Below are positions 11,996-24,686 of a stretch of 64,000 nucleotides of DNA, piece after piece. The position numbers and the translations under genes were made by a program. Position 1 is the first letter of the stretch; the number at the start of each line of letters is the position of its first letter. The notes below the pieces were generated by a model, which saw only the letters and a program-made list of their open reading frames with translations, had not been told where the DNA came from and did not search any database. Source of the stretch: Octopus vulgaris (taxonomy: Eukaryota); contig OX597829.1 of NCBI GenBank assembly GCA_951406725.2, forward strand, positions 49,166,001 through 49,230,000. The letters are read 5' to 3'.

Positions 11996-12204
11996 GATAT
12001 AGTAGTGTTGGTGCTGCATAAGAAACAAGCTTTACATTCTATAAAAAGGGTTGGTGCTAGGAAGCTGTAGAACCTATGCTGAAACAGACAGTAGAGCCTG
12101 GTGCAATCTTCTGGCTTGCTAGCTCTTGTCAAGCTGTCCTACCTGTGTTAGCATGGAAAACAACATGAAATGATGATGATGATAATGACCAATATATATA
12201 TATA

Positions 12205-12694
12205 TCATTGCCAGAGCGGCTAACTGGCTTCCGTGCCAGTTGCACATAAAAGGCACCATTCGAGTGTGATCGTTACCAGTGTCGCCTTACTGGCACTTGA
12301 GCCCCATGCTAGTAGGGTGCTAAGAGCACCATCCGAGCATGATCGTTGCTAGAGCGGCCAACTGGCTTCCATGCTGGTGGCACGTAAAAGGCACCATTCA
12401 AGCGTGATCGTTACCAGCATCGCCTCACTAGCACCTGTGCCGGTGACATGTGTAAAAAAGATTCGAGTGAGGTCATTGCCAGTACTGCTTGACTGGCCCC
12501 CGTGCCAGTGGCACTTAAAAAGCACCCACTACACTCTCAGAGTGGTTGGCATTAGGAAGGTCATCCAGCTGTAGAAACTCTGCCAGATCAAGATTGGAGC
12601 CTGGTGCAGCCATCTGGTTCACCAGCCCTCAGTCAAATCATCCAACCCATGCTAGCATGGAAAACGGACGTTAAACGATGACGATGACGATGAC
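12205..12694 (+). mobile_element. RTE LINE 3' UTR fragment
   Basis: Internal ggtggcacgtaaaaggcaccattc repeats and terminal aaacgatgacgatgac; ends ~30 bp from the PC2 donor at 12724. Confidence 0.8.
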
Positions 12695-12724
12695 AATATA
12701 TGTATGTATGTATGTATATCTTAC

Positions 12725-12900
12725 CTTATTAACTCCTTCTACAATTGCTCTCATTGTTAGATTTCGTGGACCATCTACAGTCATACCATCATCAGTGGGA
12801 CCCCAACTAGCACTATAGATGTCAATTTCGTTTGGCTTATACCCCATGGCGTTTGCTTCAATCATGTCAGTCATGTAAGGTTGATCTAACATACGCAAAC
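12725..12900 (-). CDS. PCSK2: Prohormone convertase 2 (neuroendocrine convertase 2) exon, catalytic domain (equivalent to vertebrate exon 8)
   Basis: 176 bp; acceptor tttcag and donor GTAAG on minus strand; encodes (G)LRMLDQPYMTDMIEANAMGYKPNEIDIYSASWGPTDDGMTVDGPRNLTMRAIVEGVNK with PC2-type RMLDQP and YSASWGPTDDG motifs. Confidence 0.96.
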
Positions 12901-13061
12901 CTGAAACGAGGAAAAAAAAAAGAGAAAAAATCACATATATTAAAATTCAGAAAGAAATTACCTACTAATTGTTATAGTAAAGAATAAAGTATTTTGAATG
13001 ACACACCAATGTATTATAATACAAACAATGGACAATAATAACTGTCGGAATTTAATCATCC

Positions 13062-13474
13062 ATAGGCGCAGGAGTGGCTGTGTGGTAAGTAGCTTGCTAA
13101 CCAACCACATGGTTCCGGGTTCAGTCCCACTGCGTGGCACCTTGGGCAAGTGTTTTCTGCTATAGCCCCGGGCCGACCAATGCCTTGTGAGTGGATTTGG
13201 TAGACGGAAACTGAAAGAAGCCTGTCGTATATATGTATATATATATATGTGTGTGTGTATGTGTTTGCGTGTCTCTGTTTGTTCCCCTAGCATTGCTTGA
13301 CAACCGATGCTGGTGTGTTTACGTCCCCGTCACTTAGCGGTTCAGCATAAGAGACCGATAGAATAAGTACTGGGCTTACAAAGAATAAGTCCCGGGGTCG
13401 ATTTGCTCGACTAAAGGTGGTGCTCCAGCATGGCTGCAGTCAAATGACTGAAACAAGTAAAAGAGTAAAAGAGA
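13062..13474 (+). mobile_element. Full-length tRNA-derived SINE family A (CORE-like; resembles octopus OR-type SINEs)
   Basis: Head ggcgcaggagtggctgtgtggtaag...gggttcagtccc (A/B boxes), CORE-like ccttgggcaagt, internal (TA/TG)n, tail gtcaaatgactgaaacaagtaaaagag. Confidence 0.9.
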
Positions 13475-14084
13475 GTCTGATATGATATTTTGGAATAAAA
13501 TTCCTTCTTCAGATTTCCCTAGGAATTGATAGAGTTGCTGCTATAATCAGTTTTCTAATGGTTTTTCTTTGTTTTTTCAGAAGCGTCTCAGCAGTGGTCT
13601 CAGTGTTTAGAAAAAAAAAATGGGCACAGAATTAGCAAGTTCCTTTATGACAGAATCATAAAAGATGAGTTTATTTCAACATTTGTCTTCATAATTTACC
13701 AATATGGAGATGAACTGGCTGAACTGTTAGCACGCAGGCAATATCAAAATGCTTAGCAGCTAAAATCTGATGCTTCAAGCAAATCATGTGACAAATAAAT
13801 GCTCCCTTTTTTCGGTAAACGACACCCAATGCTTTGTGAGCACATGATGCCAGGTATGCTGGATATGATTTGGAAGGAGGGAAAAAAAATGGTTAATATT
13901 GTTAATTGCTATCCTATTCAAACAATGTTATCATAGAAGAAAAATGAATCTAGAGAGCCAAGATTTCTTCTTATGATTATTCGTGTTACTGTTGTTGTTG
14001 ATTATTATTATTATTATTATTATTATTGTTATTATTGTTGTTATTATTATTATTGTTATTATTATTATTATTATTATTGTAATT

Positions 14085-14501
14085 TTTACTCTTTTTACTT
14101 GTTTCAGTCATTTGACTGCGGCCATGCTGGAGCACCACCTTTAATCGAGCAACTTGACCCCGGGACTTATTCTTTTGTAAGCCCAGTACTTATTCTATCG
14201 GTCTCTTTTTGCCGAACCGCTAAGTAACGGGGACATAAACACACCAGCATCGGTTGTCAAGCAATGCTAGGGGGACAAACACAGACACACAAGCACACAC
14301 ACACACACACACATACATATATATATACATATATACGACAGGCTTCTTTCAGTTTCCGTCTACCAAATCCACTCACAAGGCATTGGTCGGCCCGGGGTTA
14401 TAGCAGAAGACACTTGCCCAAGATGCCACGCAGTGGGACTGAACCCGGAACCATGTGGTTGGTTAGCAAGCTACTTACCACACAGCCACTCCTGCGCCTA
14501 T
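14085..14501 (-). mobile_element. Full-length SINE family A
   Basis: Reverse complement of 13062-13474, inserted in a (TTA)n tract; other copies at 15641-16070(+), 22715-23130(-), 24845-25170(-), 35063-35462(-), 42775-43190(+), 48458-48885(+), 54650-55055(-), 60560-60948(-), 61805-62195(+), 63357-63742(+). Confidence 0.9.
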
Positions 14502-15109
14502 GTTGATTATTATTATTATTATTATTATTGTTGTTATTATTGTTATTATTATTATTATTATTATTGTCATTATTGTAATGGTTATAAAAAGAGATGAATT
14601 TAACTTGTTATACTGAATATTATGTAATGGTAGTTAATTCTGCAAGAGAAAAAGCAACTGAACAAAGAACAGAATGCAGTCAAGAGGCTGCAACAAAGAA
14701 TACACAAGTAGTAGTAGTAGTAGTAGTAGTAGTAGCAGCATCACTAACAGCAGCAGAAATAATAACAACTAGAAATTGCATGATAAAATTTTCAATTCTG
14801 TTCATATTTCTCAAAAAGAGAAAATAAATTCTCTTTTTTTTGTGTGATTTCAAATGAAATATCAAAGTACATTTTGAATAGAACTGAGTGAAGGAGAGTA
14901 ACAAAATGTTGTTTTTTTTTCTTTTTTCCCACTATTTATCACATTCTCCTTATTTTCTGAAAAATTAATTTCAAGAGGAATGGAAATTCAAATACGATAA
15001 AATTAATAGAAATTATATCAAAAGTTAATATCAATGCAGCCTTTTTTTTAATGAAAATGCATTTGGTTAGGTTTGTACAGTATTAAAGACAAGGTACAAA
15101 AATAAATAA

Positions 15110-15358
15110 AAGAAAGAAAGAAAGAAAGAAAGAAAAAAGAAAGAAGGAAGGAAGGAAGGAAGGAAAGAAGGAAAGAAAGGAAAGGAAAGGAAAGGAAGGA
15201 AGGAAGGAAGGAAGGAAAGAAGGAATGAAGGAAGGAAGGAAAGAAAGAAAGAAGGAAGGAAGGTTAGAAAGAAAGAAAGAAGGAAGAAAGGAAAGAAGGA
15301 AAGAAAGAAGGAAGGAAGGAAGGAAGGAAAGAAAGAAAGAAAGAAAGAAAGAAAGAAA

Positions 15359-15393
<35 letters not shown>
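15110..15393. repeat. Polypurine (GAAA/GAAG)n microsatellite
   Basis: ~280 bp of almost exclusively A/G. Confidence 0.95.
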
Positions 15394-15395
<2 letters not shown>

Positions 15396-16259
15396 CCTCA
15401 TTGGCAATGTAGCAATTACACTGAATGAGAATGAGTTCAAATCCTGCAGCTGTCTCTACATCACTAACACTTGTTTACCTTTTAATATGTGATGTTGTGT
15501 TAACCCTTTTGATACCAACTTATCTGAAACAGCCTCTGTAATGTTTGATACAGTATGTATATATGTGTGTGTGTGTGTGTGTGTGCATGTGGCATTCCAC
15601 AATTGTCATTTTTTTCAATCAATCTTGTGAAGATATTCACATAGGTGCAGGAGTGGCTGTGTGGTAAGTAGCTTGCTACCCAACCACATGGTTCTGACTT
15701 CAGTCCCACAGCGTGGAATCTTGGGTAAAGTGTCTTCTGCTATAGCCTCGGGCCGACCAAAGCCTTGTGAGTGGATTTGGTAGATGGAAACTGAAAGAAT
15801 CCTGTCGTATATATATATATATATATATATGTACACGTGTGTGTATATGTTTGTGTGTCTGTGTTTGTCCCCCTAGCATTGCTTGACAACCGATGCTGGT
15901 GTGTTTACGTCCCCGTCACTTAGCGGTTCAGCAAAAGAGAACCGATAGAATAAGTACTGGGCTTACAAAGAATAAGTACTGGGGTCGATTTGCTCGACTA
16001 AAGGCAGTGCTCCAGCATGGCCACAGTCAAATGACTGAAACAAGTAAAAGAGAGTAAAGAGAGTAAAGAGTGAGTGCAGTTTTTGTAAAGGAAAGAAATG
16101 GGAAAGAGAAGCCACCACTATGTGTTGTGGTGGAGGAACGGTTGTTTTACCGATGTTTGGTACACCCACAGATACTTTGAAAGCATTGCTTTTGGGAAAT
16201 ACACCAAGGAGCATGCACTTCTTGGAAAACATCAGAAATTATAATTCTTATTTATTTTT

Positions 16260-16500
16260 ATTTTCTTATTTCTTTATTGCCCACAAGGAGATAAACATAG
16301 AGGGGTCAAACAAGGACAGACTAAGGGATTAAGTCAATTACATCAGCCCCAGTACATAACTGGTACTTAATTTATCAATCCCGAAAGGATGAAAGGCAAA
16401 GTCGACCTCAGCGGAATTTGAGCTCAGAATGTAAAGACAGACAAAATACCGCTAAGCATTTCGCCCGGTATCCTAATGGTTCCACCAGCTCGCCGCCTTC
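16260..16500 (-). mobile_element. tRNA-derived SINE family B
   Basis: Reverse head aggcggcgagctgg...gagctcaaattccgc, body gtcgactttgcctttcatcctttcggg; copies at ~6680-6910, 19495-19710, 20340-20505, 20663-20890, 25330-25545, 43300-43515, 56280-56510, 57050-57420. Confidence 0.85.
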
Positions 16501-17444
16501 TGCTTCCAAATGACCTCCTTTGGTAGCAATATTATAAGAGAAGAACATAAGAGGCAACAATAAACCTATAGGAGGGGTTACGTTAGTTTGATCAGGAGAC
16601 TTCAGACAGAGATTACCAGTCATTCTGAGAGGAACAAGATCTGATGAAATAAAAGCATGCATTAAGTCTTCACACCTTTGGAATAAAGTACAGAAGAAAT
16701 TCTCCTTCAATACTAACATACAAGCTTTATTACACAGGGACCGATATACAGAACAGTTTTCAATCTGACTCCTCCAATTAGGAAATGGGAAAGTACCACT
16801 TAATGGGAATGTTGATATCAGTTTGGCTCATATTGCTATCATGGTGAATTCCCCAGCTGTATTGAAGAACAGGGTATTACCAGACTTAAGTAATAATTAT
16901 AATTCCCATAAATGGTTGCGTGAAAGGGCAATTCTTGCTCCAAAAAATGAGAGAGTAGCAAGGATAAACCATGAATTAATGAACAAGACTCCAACAGTAA
17001 TTAAAGAGTAGAAATCAGTTGATTCAGTCCTTGATGAAAATCAAGCTGTCCATTGCCCAACAGAGTTCCTTAATTCTCTTGAACCACCTGGAACTCCATC
17101 ACAAACTTTTTCTGAAGGTAGGAGTCCTAATAATGCTTCTAAGGAATTTAGGTTCTCTTAAATCATGCAATGGGACAAGGTTAACTGTGAAGACATTATC
17201 GCCTAATATGAGACAAGCTACCATCATCACTGGTGAAGAGGTTTTCGTTCCAAGAATTCCAATCAAACCAACAGACATACCATTTGAGTTCAAACAAACA
17301 CAATTCCTAGTGTGATACTGCTTCTTAATGTCCATTAATAAAGCTCATGGTCAGACTTGGTTTGCACTTAATTGAGCCTTGCTTTCCTCATGGTCAACTT
17401 TATGTTGGTTGCTTCAGGGTTGGTAGTTTGCAAGACTTATATGT

Positions 17445-17672
17445 TTAACCCTTTTGTTACCAACCCGGCTGAAACCGGCTCTGGCTCTAAGTACAACTGT
17501 CTTGTTTTCATAAGTTTTGAATTAAAATCTTCCACCAAACCTTAGAAACAATTTATGTTCCTAACACTGGCTGAATGATAACTAAGTAATTTTACTAAAT
17601 TCTTGGTTATATTTAAAGTAATTGAAAGAAACACAGAGCATCTCAACAGAAATACAGTAATGAAAGGGTTAA
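17445..17672. mobile_element. piggyBac-type MITE family 2 nested in the Helitron helicase
   Basis: TTAA on both sides with ccctt/aaggg ends; helicase coding resumes after it (APNQKVENFVYSETLT*). Confidence 0.88.
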
Positions 17673-18332
17673 GCACCAAACCAGAAAGTAGAAAATTTTG
17701 TTTATTCAGAAACTCTTACATAATTTCCTTCAACATATGTGATAGAATTTATCACCCTTCATAAAAGTGGTAAATTTTGTATTTTGAATTCCGAATTGAT
17801 TTCCCAGTTGAAGAATAAATTGAATTTAGAATAACAAATTTCTAAGCAAGCAACATATTTTGCTTTTTTTCTTCTAATATATAAGGAACAATTTCATTTC
17901 CGGGCAATACTGGGTGCCTCTTCTAGTATGTATGTATGTATGTATGTATGTATACATACATACATACATCCATACATATGCACATACATACATATGCACA
18001 TACATACATGCATACATATATGTGTATGTATATATATATATGAATATGTGTGTGTATATGCATATATGTGTGGGTGTGTCTATGTGTATAGATATGTATG
18101 TAAAAATCTGAACAAGAGTGGAGAAAACGACATCTTTATTTGATGCTTTTACCATACATTACCAACAGTCGTTACTATCGTCCCAGTATATTTTGATATA
18201 TCAAACATTTACAAAACACCAGTCAAACCTATATATCCAAAAGTTTATGCTAACACAATATTATCAACATAACCCGAAACAGATGAAACTCAATGCAAAC
18301 TGTATTAATGTATGTATGTATGTATACTATAG

Positions 18333-18551
18333 CAGTGCTTTCCAAACTTTTTGCTGGAGCGGAACCCCAAGGAAACATTCCACTGGCTCGAGGAACCTCT
18401 GTGCAATAATTTAATAATTTTATGCACACATATCTGCACAGGAGAATTAAAAATTACTGCCGATTTTAGCAGTTTTGTAACTTCTTGCGGAACCCCTGGA
18501 CTGTACTGGCGGAACCCTAAGGTTCCGCGGAACCCTGGTTGAAAACCACTG
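18333..18551. mobile_element. hAT (Charlie-like) MITE
   Basis: TIRs cagtgctttccaa / ttgaaaaccactg; perfect 8 bp TSD tactatag at 18325-18332 and 18552-18559. Confidence 0.92.
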
Positions 18552-19042
18552 TACTATAGACACAAATGCATGTATACATAGACATGAATATACATAGGCC
18601 CAAGTCAAAATTTGTCTACTGCTGACAGCCTGAGTAGGCTGAAGTTTATCCTGATTTCTATGTTTAAGAGACTGAAAGCTCAAGATGTGCCCTTGAATGG
18701 AGCACCAGTTCTTTGCAGTTAGCTCTAATACCTAGCTTCTGTTAGTACTCATATCATGCTGAGTAGACTCAGCAAGATGATGGGTCTGAGTGCTATTTGT
18801 GCGCATGAAACGTCCTTGAAATCCTCACATTTGATAGTCAGTACTTATTAAATAAACGAGATGAAATACTTATCAAATGTAAACAACAGAATGAAGTGTT
18901 TATCTGTAATTACATTGTGAATGATTAATAATTAATTAATCATTAATAGAGCTAACAAATCTTTGATGATTCATTGTAAAGAGGAAACCTATTTACTATT
19001 ATGAAATAGGTTACTTGCTTGCTATAAAGAAAATGACCAGTA

Positions 19043-19097
<55 letters not shown>

Positions 19098-19310
19098 ATT
19101 CACCTTTTACCGAACTTCAAACTAATATAATTCTTGTGTATGTCTACGCATTTGTTTTTCTCTTTTTGTTTTTCCATTCTTTGGTCATTGAACTGACTAT
19201 ATGTATATATATATATCGAGATAAATATATATATATGTGACCGCGTGTGTACCGTTGGCGATTTTTTTTTTCCTCTATCTTCCCTTCTCTGGATATTTCC
19301 TTTTTTCTAT

Positions 19311-19345
19311 GTTTCTGATGAAGAGCTCCGCTTGAAACGTTAAAC
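19311..19345 (+). ncRNA. Minimal type I hammerhead ribozyme motif (Penelope type)
   Basis: gttt-CTGATGA-a-gagc-tcc-gctt-GAAA-cGTT-aaac: intact core boxes, stem I gttt/aaac, stem II hairpin, palindromic AACGTT stem III; inside a ~210 bp element between (TA)n tracts. Confidence 0.7.
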
Positions 19346-19442
19346 CCTCCTTCTTCCCTTCCTTCCCGAGCGTCCAATAATACTATATTTGTTCCACGTC
19401 CTCACGTTGTTGTGTTTTCTCTTTGTGTTTTCATGTTTGGAT

Positions 19443-19473
<31 letters not shown>

Positions 19474-20629
19474 TGAGATAAATATACTTATAATTATTTC
19501 TTTATTGCCCACAAGGCGTTAAACATAGAGCGGACAAACAAAGACAGACAGACAAACGGATTAAGTCGATTACATCAACCCCAGTGTATAACTGGTACAT
19601 ATTTAATCGACCCCGAAAAGATGAAAGGCAAAGTCAACCTCAGCAGAATTTGAACTCAGAATGTAACGGCTGATGAAATACCAGTAAGCATTTCACCGAA
19701 TGCTGCCAGCTCTCTGCCCTGTCGAGATAAATATATTGAGACACACATTCATGTGCATTTGATGGTTGGAAGAGAGATCGTTTCAACTGGCTGACATTTG
19801 GCAATGATTTGCCAGTAAAAACAATCATTGTACTATCTTTTTAAACTCTACACTAGTTTCACACATACAATAATAAAGTTGAAAGTAGGGCACAAAGACT
19901 GAACCAAATTCAATAAAGATAATAGACTACACACAAACACATCCAAGAATTCTTTTTTTTTGAAATTGGATTCCAAGGTACAAATAAAGCTATAAATATA
20001 TAGCACATAAATATAGCTTTGAAAAACCCTTTTGGATAGAAAAAAATAAAAGGTTGCCCACGAGACACAAACCCACGTACTTGATGTCAAGATATATATT
20101 ATTTAATACAAGCATTTGCGCAGCAATATGCTAAGTAGTAGCTTGTAGCTATTTACAGTATATTCTGACCCAGACAGAATGAAATTGCTGTCATTACTCT
20201 AATTTTTTATGTAGTCAAGAATGAGCAAATCGATCTCTGAAGAGAGGTATTATCAATAAATACTTAAACTAGTCGAGTCAAATATATTTTCTGTCCACAG
20301 AATATCTACTTTCCATATCAAGTCTAAATGTATATGCATTTCTTACTTCTTTATTGCCGACAAGGGGCTAAACATAGAAGGGACAAACAAGGACAGACAA
20401 AGGGATTAAGTCGATTACACTGACCCCAGTGCGTAACTGGTACTTAATTTATCGACCCCGAAAGAATGAAAGGCAAAGTCGACCTCGGCGAAATTTGAAC
20501 TCAGAGCATACACATTTGTGAGTGTGCATCTATCTATCTTTCAGCTTGTCTGCCTGCCCGCCCACCTGCCCGCCCACCTGCCCATCCATCCATCCATCTG
20601 TCTATTTCTCTGCCTATCTACCTATCTAT

Positions 20630-20661
<32 letters not shown>

Positions 20662-21205
20662 TTCTTATTTCTTTATTGCCCACAAGGGGCTAAACATAGA
20701 AGGGACAAACAAAGTGATTAAGTCGATTACATCGACCCCAGTGCATAACTGTTACTTGATTTATCGACCCCGAAAGGATAAAAGGCAAAGTTGACCTCAG
20801 TGGAATTTGAACTCAAAACGCAGTGGCAGATGAAATACCACAAACCATTTCACCTGGCATGCTAACATTTCTGCCAGCTCGCCGTCTTCCACACAGTTTC
20901 TACCAATCAAATTCACCCAGAAGGTATTACTTGATCTGAGACTATATTAGAAGACATTTATCCATAGTACCATGCTATGGAATTGAACCTGGAACCATGT
21001 TGTTTCAAAGTGACCGTCTTAATCACACAGCCTTGGCTGTACATATTCAAGATTCATATTTACTTTCATTCAAGGCAGCTTTATTCTAATTATCAGTTCC
21101 ATTTAATGAATCTAGAATTACCTTATAATTAATAAATATAAATAGATTTCAGCTAGTTACTACGATAATTACAGTGTAGTTGACATATAAAAGTTTTAAA
21201 CTTTG

Positions 21206-21261
<56 letters not shown>

Positions 21262-22125
21262 AGAATTCACAAAAAAGACGAAAGATGAAAGACGAAGACA
21301 GGTGTTGTAGAGAACAAACAGATGTATTAATATAATGCTTGGGAAGCGAAAAAAATCTTTAACGTTCCATGTCCCTGTAACCTATAGGTTCAACAAAAGG
21401 GATTGATAGAATATATAGCATATATAAAAGAGACATAAGTACTGAAGTTGATTTGTCCAAGTAAAACTCTACAAGTTGGTGCCATCTCATGGCTGCAGCC
21501 CAGTGAGTAGAACAAGGAGAAAAATATTTCAATTCTGGTCATGATAAGATCTAATAAATATCGTAAGCCAAAGAATGGTGCGTCAGGATATTTAGAAAGA
21601 AAATGGAATGGAATTTTGGTTTGATAAATAATCAAGGATAGTTAGAGAGAAGCAACTACTTAAAACAGAAGAATTAAACATTTTCTTACAGCTTGGAAAT
21701 GGAAATGATAAGTTATAACAAAATAATTAGTTGGATAATGGGATTATAAAGTAAGATGAAAAGGCAATAACCAGTACAAGAAAACTTGAAAATGAGATTA
21801 TTTTGCGATAAGCATAGATGAAAACGGTAATGAAGTTTATTGTGTGCTTAGCGATAAATTGTTTCAATCCAATTTATGTTTATTTGTCTTGAATAGCAGT
21901 ATAATTCTATGAAGGATACCAATCAAATATTGGTATCTATGTAATTGATGACAGTATAACCCACTTACTGAGAAAAAGAACCCGTATCCCGCCTCTGCAA
22001 ACACGGTAATTTTTTTCTTATTTTAGAAAATTAGATTAATAGTAAATTATCTTGTATGATTCTAGCAAAGATGGTAAAATAAACATTATACTGATATACA
22101 TATTATTATTATTATTATTATTATT

Positions 22126-22681
22126 GAGTGAGAGAGCAGTGCATACCATCAAAGTGACACTGGAGCACGAATATATGAAGCCCAGTATACCCATCATGAC
22201 AACCCGTCCGATAAGGGTACACCAGGCACATGCATAACAGCCATATGTGCATGGCATGGTGATCTCATATCAAGATAAACAGCACATGACCTTGCAGGTG
22301 GGGCCCAGTTAGAATTTTCTTCAGGTTGAGTAGCTCATCCCACTCAAAAGGTCCCTGAATAAGGGTTGTTTAAGGATGTTGAAAGAACCACCCATGTTTC
22401 CAGAGGTGAATTATTCAAACCCCAAAGAATCCCTCTCAACACATGGCTATGATGCTCCCCCACTACTTCTGCTCGTGATCAGAGATGCACATATCGTCAG
22501 CCACTAAGGGACATGCTCAACTGGTTAAGGTTAAACAACTGTCAAGCAAATCTGTGGTATTGAGCAGAATATTTGCTGTAGCCCATATTTTATACCAAGA
22601 CAAAGCAATGTACATAATGACACTTCCAATCAGTTAAGATCAGAAGCCATGAGAGCCACTGCCTGGTACTGCATCAGGGCA
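22126..22681 (-). mobile_element. Non-coding interspersed element inserted in (AAT)n
   Basis: Flanked by (TTA)n; oppositely oriented partial copies at 25641-26059 and 25575-25607 share the end ctctcactc followed by (AAT)n. Confidence 0.75.
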
Positions 22682-24185
22682 TTTTATTATTATTAAGGTG
22701 GCAAGTTTTGGTATTCTTTTATTCTTTCACTTGTTTCAGTCATTTGACTGTGGCCATGCTAGAGCACCACCTTTAGTCGAGCAACTGAACCCCAGGACTT
22801 ATTCTTTGTAAGCCTAGTACTTATTCTATCAGCCTCTTTTGTCGAACCACTAAGTTACTGGGATGTAAACACACCAGCATCAGTTTCAAGTGATGTTGTG
22901 TGGGGAACAAACACAGACACACAAACATATACACACACAGACGCCCCCCCCCCACACACATATATACGACCGGCTTCTTTCAGTTTCCATCTACCAAATC
23001 CACTCACATGGCTTTGGTTAGCCTGAGGCTATAGTGGAAGACACTTGCCCAAGGTGCCATACAGTGGGACTGATCCTGGAACCAAGTGGTTGGTAAGCAA
23101 GCTACTTACCTCACAGCCACTCCTGCACCTTTGCTGACCTGTTTAATTATGTCAAGTGAAAGTGCAAGGCTTAGATGTTAGAGTATTTGGTTCACAATCC
23201 TAAGGTTGTGAGTTCAATTTCTGGTGCTGTGTTGTGTCCTTGAGCAAGACACTTTATTTCACATTGCTCCAGTCCACTCAACTGGCAAAAGTGAGTTGTA
23301 CCTGTAAATGAAAGGGGCCAACCTCATCACCTTCTGTGTCACACTGAATCTCCCTGACAACTACGTTAAGGGTATGTGTGTCTGTGGAGTACTCAGCCAC
23401 TTGCACATTAATTTTATGAGCAGGCTGTTCCATTGGTCGGATCAACTGGAACCCTCATTGTTGTAACTGACGGAGTTTTAAAATTATGCCAAAAATGTTG
23501 CCATATTCAAGACCACATCAGCAAGCATATGAGATTATCAGTTGAGATTATCTTGTCGTTTGCTCTTACTCATGTGCTGGCATTGTAAAGTGGAAATTAA
23601 ATGATGATTTTTGTAATTGATTCAGTATTAAAAAAAAAAAAGAAACAGAAAATTTCTGTAATTTCTCCTTTTAATTTCCTCCTCATCTGTTGCACTCACA
23701 CTAAAAAAAAAAATAAATAAAAATAATAAAATAGCCAAAAAAAAAAAACCCTATGCTCATAGATGGATTAGCAAAATTATCAGTTTTTGCAAAAAAATTT
23801 CCTGGCAGTATTTACTCTGACTCTTAACATTCTTAATGCAATTCCAGTCCAAATCAACTTTGCCTTTGACATGTGATCTTGACATGTGATTTTGCAACAA
23901 ACAGCTCAATAGTCATGGAATATTTCTTTCTTTTTTTTTTTTTTGTTTTCTGTTTTTTGCAAAAATCTGTTTCGGGGTCTGCTGAATTCTTATAAGTCAA
24001 TCACTGGCATCAATAACAATGGATGATAACAGTGTGGCAAAGAAAATTGTATTGTCGATGAAATTGGTAAGAAACAGCAGTTAGCTACTGAAAAACAAAA
24101 CGACGACGACAACAACAACAACCCCAACCCCTATAAATAGAAGAAAAGAAAGCAATTATGTCGATTCTATGCTTTTGTATACATA

Positions 24186-24686
24186 AATCAAAACAAATCA
24201 AAATAGATGAACATCAATGGAATTTGTATCTTTGTGGTACCAGTGCCGGTGGCACACAAGAAAACCATCCGAACGTGGCCGTAGCCAGTACCGCATCGAC
24301 TGGCCTCCGTACTGTGGGCATGTAACAAACACCATCCGATCGTGGCCGTTCGCCAGCCTCATCTGGCACCTGTGTCGGTGGCACATAAAAACACCATCCG
24401 AGCGTGGCCGTCTGCCAGCCTCGTCTGGCACCTGTGTCGGTGGCACATAAAAAACACCATCCGAGCGTGGCCGTCTGCCAGCCTCATCTGGCACCTGTGT
24501 CGGTGGCACATAAAATCACCCACTACACTCTCGGAGTGGTTGGCATTAGGAAGGGCATCCAGCTGTAGAAACACTGCCAGATCTGACTGGCCTGGTGCAG
24601 CCTTCGGGCTCCCCAGACCCCAGTTGAACCGTCCAACCCATGCTAGCATGGAAAGCAGACGTTAAATGATGATGATGATGATGATG
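24186..24686 (+). mobile_element. Young RTE 3' UTR copy with ~58 bp internal tandem repeats
   Basis: aacaccatccgagcgtggccgtctgccagcctcgtctggcacctgtgtcggtggcacat repeated; (GAT)n tail; near-identical inverted copy at ~62628-63120. Confidence 0.85.

Larger units (their letters stand above)
15586..17926 (+). mobile_element. Decayed, internally deleted Helitron (RepHel pseudogene)
   Basis: N-terminal Cys motif ECSFCK..KW..E..MCCGGG.V.LP...HFLENIRNYNS at ~16070-16250; PIF1-like helicase [58 protein letters not shown] at ~16510-17720 with stops and frameshifts; 3' hairpin ccgggcaatactggg then CTAG|T at 17923-17927. Confidence 0.9.

Noticed and set aside
24260-24520. Regularly spaced repeats resembling a CRISPR array (also 31970-32190 and 62790-63060)
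   Set aside because: Contiguous ~58 bp tandem units without unique spacers in a LINE 3' UTR; eukaryotic context and no cas genes
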